From Gonapodya sp. JEL0774 (taxonomy: Eukaryota): DNA of 64,000 nucleotides. This document shows, one piece after another, positions 51,365 through 64,000 of this stretch. Each line of letters begins with the position of its first letter. Positions within the stretch are counted from its first letter, which is position 1. The position numbers and the translations under genes were made by a program. The stretch lies in NCBI GenBank assembly GCA_027604505.1, contig JADIIX010000108.1:1-64000 (forward strand), read 5' to 3'. The notes beneath the pieces are model-generated. The model searched no databases, was not told the origin of the DNA, and worked only from the letters and a program-made list of their open reading frames with translations.

Positions 51365-54300
51365 TCAAAGCGTAGTGAACTCCTGATGCTTGTTACTATG
51401 CCCCCGTTCACCTGATCCACTATCAGCCCGAAAGCTAGAAGAGATAGTCGAAAGCCCTCCGTCAGATCCTGCGTAAGTAGAGATTGAGCGACGACTTGAC
51501 TTTGTTCCTCCCTTAGTCCGCTTTATCGGTTCATTGCCGGACTCTATGTCCTCGAGTTCCAAGCTTCCTCTTTTGGTGGAACCGACCGGTCGTAGAATGC
51601 TCACCCACGAGCCAGTCGTTTGGTAGTCCATGGAGAGTTCGTCCACATCATCATCCGCAATATTCACGAATTCTACATCCAGAGCACTCGTCGGTTTTGG
51701 TGCACGAATGAGCTGATGAGATTTTGATGAGGAGGACATTCGGATCGAGGAAGAAGGTTTCGTAACTCTGACATCGGTAACGGGTGTGATGGTAGACGAT
51801 GTGCTACCACGACGAACGTGCGCTTCGGTGCGATCCATGGAGGAGGTGACGGACTTCGAACGTCCAGTCACCGGTGCGACAGTCGGCGTCTTCGAGACAA
51901 TGGAGTCCGACGGACTTGCTGGGCGAGGATTCTTGCGTAGTCGTTTGTATTGTGCGTCTGAGGTATCAGACTCCCTGTCGGGCAACTTTTGCAATTGCTT
52001 AGAGCTCGACTCTGTGAGAAATGGAAGCGAATGCCCAGCGGTGTACTTCTTCAACAGCGCTGAGGTATCCACTTTGCTTGGCTCCGGAGGATCTGATTGT
52101 TTGATTCCTTTGTGATTTCTCCGCCGAGTCCTGGGTAGATCTTCATCTTCGCTGAAGTCAAGCACGTCAACTTCTTCAGCATGTTCATCCTGTTTGCGCC
52201 GTTTCCGCTTGGTTTTCGCGATCTTAACAGACTCCGGCTCGAAAACAGACTCGGCTTCGAAATCCCCTGGAAAATTAGTCGATTCGGTCCCTGAAACCAA
52301 TTGTTTACCTGATGAAATGGAATCTTGCCTATTCCCGCAATCATCAGTATCGTGAACGTGTCTCCCTTCGTGAACATTGTCTACCCCCACACGCGTTACT
52401 GGGATAATCGACGTCAAATCTGTCAGGTGAGGTTTCTCCATCCGTAGCTCCAGTTCGTCAGACCTCTCTTCAGGTACAGGCACACAAATAATAGGTGTTT
52501 CGGGCCTCGCTGCGTCCATCTGGGTGTGGTTCGAACCAGACGAATGGTGACTGATCTCTGAATGGGCGGATCCTGACGAAGCAACAGATGAACGAATGGG
52601 TTTTTGATGAAAACCCTTGCTATGAATTTTGTGAAGGTGTTGAGGTGTAGGGGGCAGTGATATTTCAAAGACTGGAGATCGATTGCGATTCCGTCGCACG
52701 GAGATGGGGTAGTCAGTACTGGACAACTGGATCGAATATCGCCTGGGGTCCGCCGATTCCGCCACGGCAATGTGCTCCGGTCGTGTTATCAGAACTGAGT
52801 CCGATATTAACGTTGGTGTGGGCATCGGAGCAATCTGATTGACAAAGGTAGAGTATGAGAATGTTGAGAACCATTAGGGGATGCAGTGTCGGAACTCACA
52901 GATGCCATAACCATTTTGGAGCCACTGCCCCCATCCCGAAGTGAAACTTCCTCGATCAAATTGTCGATCAGGGAGCCCTTTAGACTCTCGGGGACGGTCG
53001 ATGAGAACCCCAAAGCAGATTCGTACACATTGGAAAGGCTATCCTCAACGGCGGGCTCAAGAGTTTGGCCTTCATGAATGCCAACCCAGTCGCTCTCCCC
53101 TGCTCCGAGTATTCCGTTCTCCACGGCGGGTTCAACAGTTTGGCCTTCATCACCGTCAACCAAGTCGCTCTCCCCAGCTGTATGTAGTTCGTTCTCAACA
53201 GCGGGTTCAACATTTTGCCCTTCATCACCGTCAACCAAGTCACTCTCCCCAGCTCCGTATATCGCCAGGGGCCCCGACAAATCCACTGGCGTACTTCTAT
53301 CGGATTCGCGAGTAGTCTCGTCCAATGTATCATTGTCGTGATTTGAGGGAAAGTTTTCAGTGTGCATTGTGTCTTCCATTAGTGCATCGTCAAGACCCGT
53401 TACCTTCGAGCTGTCATCAATCTCTTCAACACGTCCGTCTTTGTGGTCCAAGCGCATGTCCGTGCCGGCACCGTTATTCACGGACCCATCGTCAACAGCC
53501 ATACTTTCTGCAGTGAAATCAGCCTGACTCTTTAGAAACGAAGGGCTATCGCGAGCGAGTGGATCAGTGGAGATGTCACAAGAAGTGCTATCCTCACCGC
53601 CTCTTTCACTAAGTTGTTTGCTCACAATACTCAAATTCCCATCCGAAAGATAGGGAAGGCGCGATATTGGTGGCCCGTTAGAACTCAAAGCTTTTGATTG
53701 CAGATTCGCACTGTGGGAAAAATCCGGTGGTCGCCTTCTCAAACGTGCGCTGTAGGGGTGAAAGTGGACCACCGATGCCAGTTTTGAGAGCGAGGGGAGT
53801 CCGCTGCGAGCACGGTCCCTTAGGGCTGCATGATATAGTTGCACAGGTTCTGTTTGGGTTTGAAGATGCGCGGGTTCGCAGAGAGCGGTAACCACTTCGC
53901 GCGAAACCGAACCCCCCAAAACATCAGTAGGGCAATCACGACCACGCAACAAGGTCCCATTGCCATCTGGATTCTTCGTTCCCGTAGTTCCAGTCTGCTT
54001 GACTTCTCGACTCCTTCTATCGTTCGTATTTTCCAACAAGGAATTCTCCACAGTGAGAATGTCGCCATGATCACTTCCTTCTAAGATCGCATTGTCCAGT
54101 CCCCTCCCCATTGTGACCTCTCCGCCATTCACATCCACGTCCATCCTGGCCGAACTGCCTTGAAAATATTGATCTCCATCACCAAGCACCTGATGCCGCA
54201 CTTCATTATCCTCCACTTCTTCTCCCTCTTCGTGTTCAGGACCATCGTCTTCGCTCCCTGCAACCAACCAGTCGTCCACTATATCCGGCTCTCCGTGCAT

Positions 54301-55812
54301 CTGCGTCGCCTTTCGCTCTCCTTTCCCCTTGACGTTCCCTTTCCAAGCGATTCCCCACTCCTCTCTCCATCCATCCTTCTCCAATCCTACTCTCCAGTCT
54401 GATGCAATAACGGGCGCCAATAGCGCAGGCGGTACATAGTCGAGGTCAAACCCGTCATCGAGCTGCTCCTGCGATTGTGCTCTACTTTTACTGCGGTGAG
54501 TGATTGGGTCCAATGAGGGGGAGAAGCCATCATGCACCGATGAGGAGAATGCGGGCCACTCAGGAACGGCAGAGTCGGGTTCGGAGAAGAGCGAAGAAGG
54601 TGGCGCGGTGGGTGAGGAAGGCGCAAGTCCGGGAGAGGAATGGCTTGCGATTTCTGGGATCACAGATGGTACTGATAGGTGGTTGGAGGCAACGGGAAGG
54701 GTATTCGATGATGGTTTTGGCGCTAGTTCTGAGGGAGAGGGGAGGTGCGAAACTTTAAACAACTATCCTGGTATGTTGCACTTCTACCGGCCACCAAAAG
54801 ACATACCTGTAAGCTGCACGTCCATTAGTTCGTCCCACTCCCCTCTATCTTCCTCGTCCACATCGTCCCCATCCGGCTCGACATCTGAATCGTCAGCCAC
54901 GCCCACCATCTGGACGTCCCTGCCGTCTTGCTCTCTGCGCCATACCCGCACTGGTTGCTTCTCTTGTCCGATGTCCCCACTCTGCTGCTCGACACCTTCT
55001 CGATCATCTGTCCCCAGATTCCACCATACCGAAGCACTCGCACGTCCGATCACTTCCCCACATCCTCGTCCAACTCTCGGTACCACAGGACGAACTCTAA
55101 GTGCGAGCTTCAGTGGCGCAAGATCAACCACAACGGAGTCGCTGACTGGGTTCTGGACTGGCGGTGCGTGTTCAGGCAGGAACTGGTTCACAGTTAACTG
55201 AGGTATTTGTAGATCGACTCGTACTCTCTCCGAATCTTCGTTCAGGGCTTTGTCCTTTCCGGCCTTCCCCCGCCGATCCGGCTCCACTTCAGCATCTTCA
55301 ACAATCACCCGCCTGCCGGTCCCGCGCCAGCCCTCCTTCCATTCCGGCTCGCCTGCGAGATCCTCCATGGCTTGAATCACATCGCTTCCACTCCCACGAC
55401 GCCCGTGCTTGCTCACACACCCCTCTACAACCCACGTAATATGCTTGCACGTCCCCACATGCACCTGCTTCGGCATCCCCGCCGCAAGACCCACGTCCCG
55501 CACGATCACTTCCCCCGTCCTCTGGCCATTATGTCCACTGTCCTGAGCCCCTGCTGCCGGCTCAGTCCCCTCACCCGCTCGTCCTCTCGTCGTCCTCTGC
55601 CACCACCCTGCGCCCATGACTATCGTACCGGCGTAGGGTTGAAGGGTAGCACTCAGGTGGAGAGAGGGAAGGACAGGGGCCTTGTGCGTGGTGAGGGATA
55701 AGGGAATGTGTGGGTTGTGTGATAGAGAGGGAAGAGTGAGTGGAATGGTAGATGGGGTGAGTAAGATATGCAGGATTGGAGGGGTGGCGGAAAGCGTCGG
55801 GGTGGGCGGCAT
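51365..55812 (-). CDS. Large, mostly disordered acidic/Ser-rich protein (probably 3 exons)
   Basis: ORFs 54784-55812, 52807-54762 and 51365-52825 are collinear. A candidate short intron lies at ~54769-54808 (GTATGT...CCAG). Confidence 0.55.
53040..53256 (-). repeat. 3 x 75-bp coding tandem repeat (GAGESDLVDGDEGQxVEPAVENxxx)
   Basis: AGTC(G/A)CTCTCCCC recurs near 53088, 53163 and 53238. Confidence 0.9.
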
Positions 55813-55912
55813 GACTGTCGGTAAGCACCGATGACGTTTCAGTTTATGACATTTTTACAATCAGTTCATCGAGCAGTGCGATCAAAGGAAAACAATTTAT
55901 TCCACCTCCAAT

Positions 55913-57750
55913 TCATCGTCTCAACTCACCACATCCGGCAATACCACCCCACGCCACCCCCACGGCCCTCTCCCTTCCCGCGTCCCACCTCACGACCCTA
56001 ACCGCCACGGCTTCCCCCGGCACCCACGCCCGTCTTGCAACGGTGCGTGCCGCGTCGGGAGTCCCTGGTGGCGGTGCAAACGACAGAGGAGGACCAGCGA
56101 TGGTGTGTGAGGTAGATGGGCCGATGTAGGAGCGGAGCCAGGTTTGTGGGGTGGTGGGCGCTGCGGGAACGGACGATTTGGAGGGTTTGGGAGGCGGAGG
56201 GAAAGTGAGCATGTCAAGAGTGTATGTGGGCTCTGCTGTGTGCGGGGGAGGGGCAGGTCGGAGCAAAAGTGAGGGAACTATTCAGAATTGTTCCCCTGCG
56301 ATACCTAACAAATTTAGAGGGAGAGCATCATCGTACTCAGCCCTTGGAGAAGCTCTTCGGTACCTAATACTGTCTTGTCGAACGACAAACGCCAAGATCC
56401 CGCTGACCACGAGCAGATGTCCAACTCCTCGCTGATACTCAAACTAACCTCCATCATGCTCGTGATTCCATTCGGAATCACTCCATCGTACTGTGAGGGA
56501 CTCGCAGTCGGAGGCAGCGAGGTCCATCCACACGGTGACCTTTTGGAGCTGCGGTGCAAGGCGTGCGGCGTGACCCGTGGATATGCCGGAACGGTGCGAG
56601 TGCGAAAGGGAGTGCGATGCACTAGTGGCGAGAGAGGACAACGACGAATCCATGGATAACGGAAGAGCAAGGTCCGAAGAGGAGGAAGTAGCAGAGAGGA
56701 TAGAGTTTTGTCGACGTGTGATCCTGGATGATGATGATGCCAAAGAAGGCAGTGGAGGAGCGGATGCAGGTCGGCCAGCAGTACTAGCCGACGTTCCCAT
56801 CGCGGTGAGTCTTTGGAGTTCGGAACGTCTGGGTAGTGAATTGTGGAGCGAGGGAGCTGGTGTTGCGGAGACCAAGTGATGTGGAGAGCTGGAAGGAGCA
56901 GCAGAAGAGCTAATTTTGAGCGTGATGCGTGGGAGTGTTGAAGGGGGAGGTGTTGGGGTTGGAGATGGAGCTGTTGGAGGCAGACCGGGAGTCAGAACAG
57001 CCGCTGCAGAGACAGACGGCGTGGTCAGAGCAGGTGGCTCAGGAGGTTTTATCGCTGGTGCATCGAGCGGCGGTGGCAGAGCAGCTGCGGGCAGGTGTGA
57101 AACAGCGGTGACATCGACGTCGATGGACTCTACGTCCAGCGATGGAAGCACAGAGTCCTCGACAAGTTCAGCGTGCGCCGTCTCCAGCGAGTCTTGCGAT
57201 TTTGTGTCGAGTTGAGCGTCCGCGGCCTCCACTGCCGATTCACTCGGAGTCCTCTGGTCTCCTTCCGTGCTCACCCAATTCTCGCTTTCTTCCTCCGACT
57301 CTTCTCCGCTCTCATCCTCCTCCGCAGGTGCGCCCGCATTCGCAACGTCTTCCAAAGCGGAGAGTCGTCGCGATGATCTTCGGATGGTGCTCGGGTCCAA
57401 ACTGCTGACAGGGGGCGGTACGGCCGTCAGTACTCCTGAGGTGAGTCCCGGCTTTGGAACCTGCCCGCCTCCGCCCCGCCCTCGTCCCCTGCCACGTCTT
57501 GTTCCTCTCAATGCGCCTAGAGCACCTCTCTGCCCGGGGTGTCCGGCGACGAGTCCGGATCTCGTTGTCGTGCCCGAATACACATTTGCTGAACTCGTGG
57601 TCGCATTTCCCACTCGGGAACTGGAGCTTCTGTGCGTTTGTTGTCGTGTTTCAACTCCCACGGTATGGTGTTTAGCTCGCAATTCCCGACCAGTTGGGAG
57701 CATAAGGTGTCGGTTTTGGGTACCAAACCGATATCTCGGCGTGAAATAGC
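55913..57750 (-). CDS. Hypothetical protein with RG-rich and P/S-rich N-terminal half
   Basis: 436-aa ORF 56444-57754 (RGRGRGRGGG, acidic tract) plus downstream ORF segments to 55913. No family recognised. Confidence 0.5.
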
Positions 57751-58015
57751 TCAATCACACAAGGACGTTGCACGACAAGAACACAATAAAATTGAAGATC
57801 ATTTCATGTGCAGAAAAGCATTTGACGGTACGGGGATACAAAAGTGCACGTGGTTAACTATCTAACAAATCTTGAGACTGTACTTTTCGCAGGCTTTTCA
57901 GTGTTCGAGAGGTCAAAAAATTGAAAGGAGGGAATTGTTCGTCAAGCAGTCGAAAGGACTCTTGAAACCGATTGTGATACTCTCGTGCTATCCACCAATG
58001 GTTCAAATCCAGCGT

Positions 58016-60350
58016 TCACTTCTTCTTGGCCGCCCCTCTCGCACGCTTCGCAGGAGGCCCGTCCCCAGACTCGCTCGCGCTGTCAGCGATACTATCCGCC
58101 AGTATAACGTTTGGCTTGGTAACCGGATCGTCAACCTGCATCACCGCCTCCGAGTTGGTACCAGTCGGAGCCGCCGCAGGCACAGAAGGCACCACGGGTG
58201 CAGCAGGAGGAACTACCGCTGGCGGTGCTCCGGGTCTCTCGCCCAACAACCATATGGAGTGGTTTGCCCCACATCCAAGGGCAAGCGTCTTTCGTCCCTG
58301 CAGTTCAATCAACTCCGGTGATTCCCGAGTCTCATCGTCCCTGGTGCCCAAATTGCCCATCTGATTCAATCCCCATCCGTATAATCTGCCTGATCTCGTT
58401 ATGGCCATGGTGTATCGACCACCACACGCAACGAAATCCACCCCCTCTCCATCAAAGTTGTCGATGAGTTTCGGACGCAATACCAGAACATGGGTAGTTG
58501 TGAGGGCTCCAGTGATGACTGTGCTGTACTCGTCGGACTCTACGCCACATTGATAATCGTCATTCCGTCCAAAGCCGTACAGTCGACCTGGATGTGGCAG
58601 AAGTTGGAAGTCACGGCGGTGAGGGTTCAGATTGGGTTCGATGGCCGTTGGTAAGGTACAAAGGGCTCACCATCTTCCAACAGAATCATAGAGTGAAATT
58701 CCCCGGCCGCACACATCTTGACCTTCACTCCCTGGGGCAAACCCTCCACCTCCGCAGGAGTCTCAACGGAAGTTTCGCAATCGCCAAACCCAAGCTGAGA
58801 GTACCCATTCAGACCAAACGCAAAAACTTGCGTTCGATCCTTACTGACTAGGAATGTATGGTCGCCGCCCGAGCAAACCTCGGAGAATTTGAGACGGCGG
58901 TTCCAGTTCAAGGCCCGAGGCAGGAGGGACGCCTCGCCCTTGAATCTCGCCATAATACGACGTCCTAATGCGCCGTGTTCACCGATGCCCCAGGAGAATG
59001 CAGTACCAGCAGCGTCAATTGCTGTGGCGTGGTTGTTGCCCATCGAAATGGAGACAATGTGTCGCAGATTCGGGACCTTTACGAACTCGCGGACGACTTG
59101 ACCCTTCTCAAAGAAGCCGTAGTTGCCGTTCGTGTCCTGGGGACAGGTGTGAAGATGTTACATAGAGGATTGAATTCATCAGCGAAAACGTTTGGGCATC
59201 AGTCACGCCAGGACTTCAGCCGAAAGGACAGGAAACATGGGTCTTCACTCACTCTCCAGTTCCCACAACCATATACTTCGCCGAGTTCAGTCAGTACCAG
59301 TGTTACATTGTCCCCGGATACCATCTTCACGATCCGATCCACATCCTGGAGGCCTTGGGCAGGGTAAGGAATATAGTCCTTGTTTTCTGTACTGCGACCG
59401 AGACAGCCTTGGTCATTGCATCCCCAGGTGTAGAGTGTTTGCTGTAGACAAGGCAATCGTACGTTGTTGCTGGGTTCCAAAGAATGGCTGATTGGATACG
59501 AAACAAGTCGCTCACATTCCCTGTTGCATCTACCCCGAGTGCCAAAGAAGAGAGACCACCTGCTGCAACATCAACAATTCCACTATTCTCGATGACAACG
59601 ACTTTTCTGGGCTTGCCGTCTCCTCCAGGGATGGGGTCGCCGTCTTCGTCGACAATTCCGAGAGAGCCAATGGTGCCATCACCACTGAAAACGAACATTC
59701 GCAGAATGAGAAGGATGTTCGCAGAATGAGAAGTTTATCGCAAAAAATTTTGCTAGGAAACGGTTGACAACGCGTGTCCCTTGTTTTGCATCATGGATTC
59801 AGAATCGCCCTCCTCTGCAACTCAGATTGCGACCACCAAGCAACCCTCAGGCGCTGGGGCAGCTTAGTAGATTCAATACGCACCTGACAAAAACAGTTCC
59901 CGGTGTCGTTCTCGGCCTCGGCAGAGGAAAGTAGCTGGCAAATTTTCGGAGGACGGGGTTCGTCTTCTCCGCTCTCGAAACCCCTTTGGGCTTCCCACGG
60001 GCAGAAAGATTGAGTGCCGCCGTCGATTGAGAGAGCTCCTCTGTACTGCCCTGAGATTCAGTTTCGGATGCCTTCCGCTTTCGGGGGGGAGGGCTGGACC
60101 CCTCTGGGGTGATCGAGTCACGAGCTTGAGACGCCGCTGAGACCAGCCTGCTCGAGTCCGCCGTCTTGGTAGCACGCAAACGCCGGCCTCCTGAACTCTC
60201 TTCTCCTGGAACGGGAACGACCGATGTGTCTCTGGATTTGTCGCCACGGCGGGTTGGACGGGAAGGGGCAAATGAAGCTGAGGACGCGTTGGAATCGGTT
60301 TCCATGGCGTCGTTGAGGGAAGGTACCGTGTGGCGGGTCGGTCGAGGCAT
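58016..60350 (-). CDS. RCC1: Regulator of chromosome condensation RCC1 (Ran GEF; Pim1/Prp20-like)
   Basis: RCC1 blades VAAGGLSSLAL, LYTWGCNDQGCLGR, AFSWGIGEHGALGR, VFAFGLNGYSQLG, CAAGEFHS, LYGWGLNQMGNLG. Basic N-terminal tail with PRKRK. Confidence 0.88.
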
Positions 60351-60935
60351 GGCGAAGAATGTTCAAGTTGGATTCGACTGTTGCAGAATCTCTGAATTCT
60401 GGCGTTCGCGGTTTGGAGAAAATTGGGACGCACGGGCACTTGCGCTGTACTCTGCAAAGGCTGTCCACGCCTGTGCCTTTCAGCCACTGTTCATTGTCCG
60501 CCGGCCTACAAAGTACCATCACCTAATATTTTGTCAGAAGCACAGTTGTGGCTCTGCCAGGGTGAGGAATAATTTGCGGACCATGTCAGCATCTGCACTG
60601 AATGTTTGGTGTTCGACAACTGGACGGGTTCAGGGACTCGAATGTCAACACAATTTGGGCGTCTCCCATTATTACTATTGTTATTTGGCAGAGCAAAACA
60701 AACCGTAAATTGTGACCCACGAGCAGAGCAAATCAGACAAAGGTTCCCCACAAACTTAACTGTCCCCGGCTCACATCGCTTACTCTCTGTTCTACCTCAC
60801 CCGGCCTGTTCTCCACTCTCTTGGGTCTTTGCTCGGCGGCATTCACCCTCCTTCGGTCTTCACTCGCCTCGATTACTTTTGCTTGGTGTCTTGGTCACAT
60901 AACCCGACGACAAACCTCGACCCTCGCAGTTTCAG

Positions 60936-63900
60936 ATGGAGGGCCTTAAATCCCATACCTTGAAGCTACATTTGACTCAACCGGCAAAGTCAGTCGCGGT
61001 CGCTGGAACCTTCAGTGACTGGTCAGCCGTAGCAATGATTTCAGAAACCAATGGAGATGCCCAAGGTCAAGTTTTCAAAGCCACGATTGCATTTCCAGTC
61101 GGAAAGCTTGTACAGGTACGTTTAGTGAGGGGGTGGGTCGGTTTGGTGACAGAGATCAAGAAATGATGACATCATCAGTGCTCGTTCATATTCCAACCTT
61201 TGCCATCGTTCAGTACAAGTATATACTCGACGGAAACTGTAGGTGTGATTTTGTGTCTTGTGGTGCTTGTATCCTTCCTCTTACCGCAAGTTTGCGTACT
61301 CGGCCTGCCTGGTACTGCCCGCGGATCACGAAAAAAACATAAGGGGTCGCAGATCTCACGCAGCCCACAATGAGCGACGGTACGGTGTAGCTTCCGGATC
61401 AATTCTTTCATTGGTTCAATCTCTTTCTGGCTCTACAGGCCTCGGATCCGTCAATAACTACATTACGATTACCAATGATCTACCATTACAACCATCCAAT
61501 GAGCTTCCAATCACTCAGAGGAGTCACTCAAAAGGGAACCTATTCAAAACCGCTCTTTGCGTTCGCTACGAGAAAACTGGATGCTGTCCGGATGGGGACA
61601 AGTGAGTGTCGTAGCTCAAGGCACCTGAAGATCATGACCTCATTCGATCAACGATCAAACTTTTCCCTTTGTGGATTGATAACCGCTCGCAGATGTCGTT
61701 TTGCCCACGGAACACAGGATCTCAAACCTATTCCTACATGCAAGTTTGGCTCTCGATGTGTAAAGGAAGTTTGTAATCTGAAGCACGAACCCGACGGTGA
61801 GACTGTTGGTCGTGTTTCCATCATTCGAGCGGTCGCTGAGTTACACTGTCGATACCACCATCCTTGGTCAATACTTTCTTTCAGCTCACGTCGTACGCCC
61901 CACTCCGATCAGGGAAGATGGATGTGATCCTTCGGGAGTATCCGTACAAGGCACAAGATTCAGTGAGCAGACTGCGAGGAATGTGCAGGCTTCCAGCTCC
62001 AGTAAAAGTGCCAGCCTAGGGAAGAAGGATACGTGCGTGATCCCTGCGATGAGTGATGGGAACCGAGTCATCTTCGTCTCCCCAAATTCTTCGACTGGGT
62101 GACTTTTGCATAACTCCGTTTTCCCAGCAGCCCAAACTCTGGCAAAAAGTTTGGCTCTTGGAGTGGATCAGATCTACTGTACAAGACCGCCCTCTGTCAC
62201 TTCTTCACGCGTGACGGCCAATGCAAGGGTGGAGATAAGTGGGTGATCGTTGAGGCACTTCCAGGACTATCAGATCGTTAATCAACTGTCTCCATGTTGC
62301 ATATTTCTATTGGAAGATGCCTTTATGCCCACAGCGAAGCGGAACTTCGGCCGAAGCCGCCATGCCCTAGTGGAACAGAATGCATATATGAGAAGTGTCA
62401 GTTTGATCACAAAGAAAAAGGCAAAGATGGAAACGACAATCAGAATTCGGAAGGTGCGTCTGGCGAAAGTTTATTTTCATGCCTCCAAGTACTCTGATCA
62501 GCAAGATCACCCACACTCGTGATCTTATACTCGATTGTTTGAACGATCAGTCACAGAATTCTCCAGCCCCCTGGATGAACTCTACAAGGCGGATATTTGT
62601 ACCTTTTTCACAAAATCTGGCTTTTGTAAATGGGGTAGCGAGTAAGTATGTGCGCACATGAGAGATCAGAAACGATGGATTGTCGTCGCTGATAAGTCAC
62701 CTTCGTTTGCACCGGTATCACAGCTGTATGTTCGCACATGGCAATCACGAGCTTCTTCCGCGACCTCCATGCAGGTTTGGCACGGCGTGTCACAAAATTG
62801 GACGAGGCTGTCGATACCAGCATGATCCGGAACCAACGCCAGTGAAGTCACACGCAATCAGGAAAACTGGAACTGGAAGGAAGCAAGAAAATTCCGATTC
62901 GCGAAGTGTCGCGAAAACTGAAATTACGAAAGGTGATAGTGGAGAGACCGAAAAAAAGGCAACCAGGTGAGTAGATCAGTTTGGAAAGTGTAAAGGGGCT
63001 CATGTACTCTTGTCAAATATCTCAAGTGGCGTCCAATTGAATTAAACGCAGCACCACTGATAGCTCCCCCCTGTCAGACGATCGCGACAAGCAACGCACA
63101 CTTGACGTTGCTCATAACAAATCCAAGGAGGTGGACCTGCTCTCGGCGATCCTCGGGCCGGCAGGCCTCCAACCTCTTCCACAAGAGACGATTGACTTCG
63201 TGGCCCATGCTACACATGCTCACCCAGCCTTAGTTGCTGTTGCAGCAATCTCCCTGTGGAACGCGGCACCTGTATCGGGTGCTCGGGCCCGCACGAAGCT
63301 TTTTGGGGATCCCACGTTTGATTCGAAGCTCGTCAATTTAGTAAGAGCAATGGAGAGGGCGAAAGAAATCTTTGTGGAGAAGCTTTTGGAGGAATCTGGA
63401 GATGTCAAATTGTTTGATCAAGTGGTTCGTGCTACGAAGAAAGGGGTCGACGTGAGTTCTGTGTCTTTCCAACATGCAAGAAATGTCGGGTCCTCCGTCG
63501 CCTCCTTTACGAAACACATCAGTCAGAGATTGATAAAATTGTGAACGCAAACCAATCTTGGAGCATCGACATCGAAACCATCGCAGCAGCTCGGGCTCAA
63601 GTCCAGGATGTTGTTAGATCTTCGATCAGGGTCATCGAGGGAAAACAAGTGCGAGAAGACGGGTCCGAGACAATGCTGAGACGCAAGGAAGCACTCGAAG
63701 AGCTTGAGGTGAGTCTGATCAATGAACCATCGCAATACTGCCCCTGATGAACGCGGATCTGGGTTACTCGTGTGCCACATGTGATTATCAAGGCGCTTCT
63801 GCGACGAGCTACCGATGTTCTCGATTGGGCAGCTAAAGCGGCGTAAATGTCTTTGTTGGCTTACAATGGGGGCATAAAGTTCAGATTCGATTCTAAATTG

Positions 63901-64000
63901 GGATCTGCCGACTTCGACGGACAAATTTGGATCGAAATTCACTCCAATTGAAGTACAGTAATATGAGATAATTATACAGTTACACAATTGTGCCAATAGT
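60936..64000 (+). CDS. CBM48 (AMPK-beta-type glycogen-binding) + six CCCH zinc fingers + helical domain; may continue beyond the window
   Basis: The spliced N-terminus reads AKSVAVAGTFSDW...FPVGKLVQ|YKYILDGN|WVADLTQPTMSD|GLGSVNNYITI. Three C-x8-C-x5-C-x3-H fingers are each followed by a C-x5-C-x4/6-C-x3-H finger. Confidence 0.8.

Noticed and set aside
59697..59733. Duplicated TTCGCAGAATGAGAAG
   Set aside because: Trivial intronic slippage duplication in RCC1.

Overview
Intron-rich (GT-AG) eukaryotic genomic DNA, most consistent with an early-diverging zoosporic fungus (an inference from gene content and intron style; not verified). The first ~8.4 kb is a rearranged accessory zone. It holds the end of a CACTG-terminated DNA transposon, a 5'-truncated coiled-coil/SH3 gene and an ankyrin-kinase gene that share a Pro-rich linker, a duplicated ~620-650 bp noncoding block, and an F-box/ankyrin pseudogene. 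The rest is a gene-dense core-like block: cyclin Q-like, MAF1, an amino acid permease, a Sel1-repeat Nif1/Dsf2-like gene, a long coiled-coil gene, a Mid2-like membrane protein, a second cyclin, two membrane proteins, CDKAL1, a TM RING-H2 E3 ligase, SNW1/PRP45, two large disordered proteins and RCC1. At the right edge lies the most unusual gene, which fuses an AMPK-beta-type glycogen-binding CBM48 to three pairs of TTP-type + Nab2-type CCCH zinc fingers. There is one N gap (37299-37396) whose flanks overlap. Exon boundaries were assigned by eye and several start codons are uncertain.
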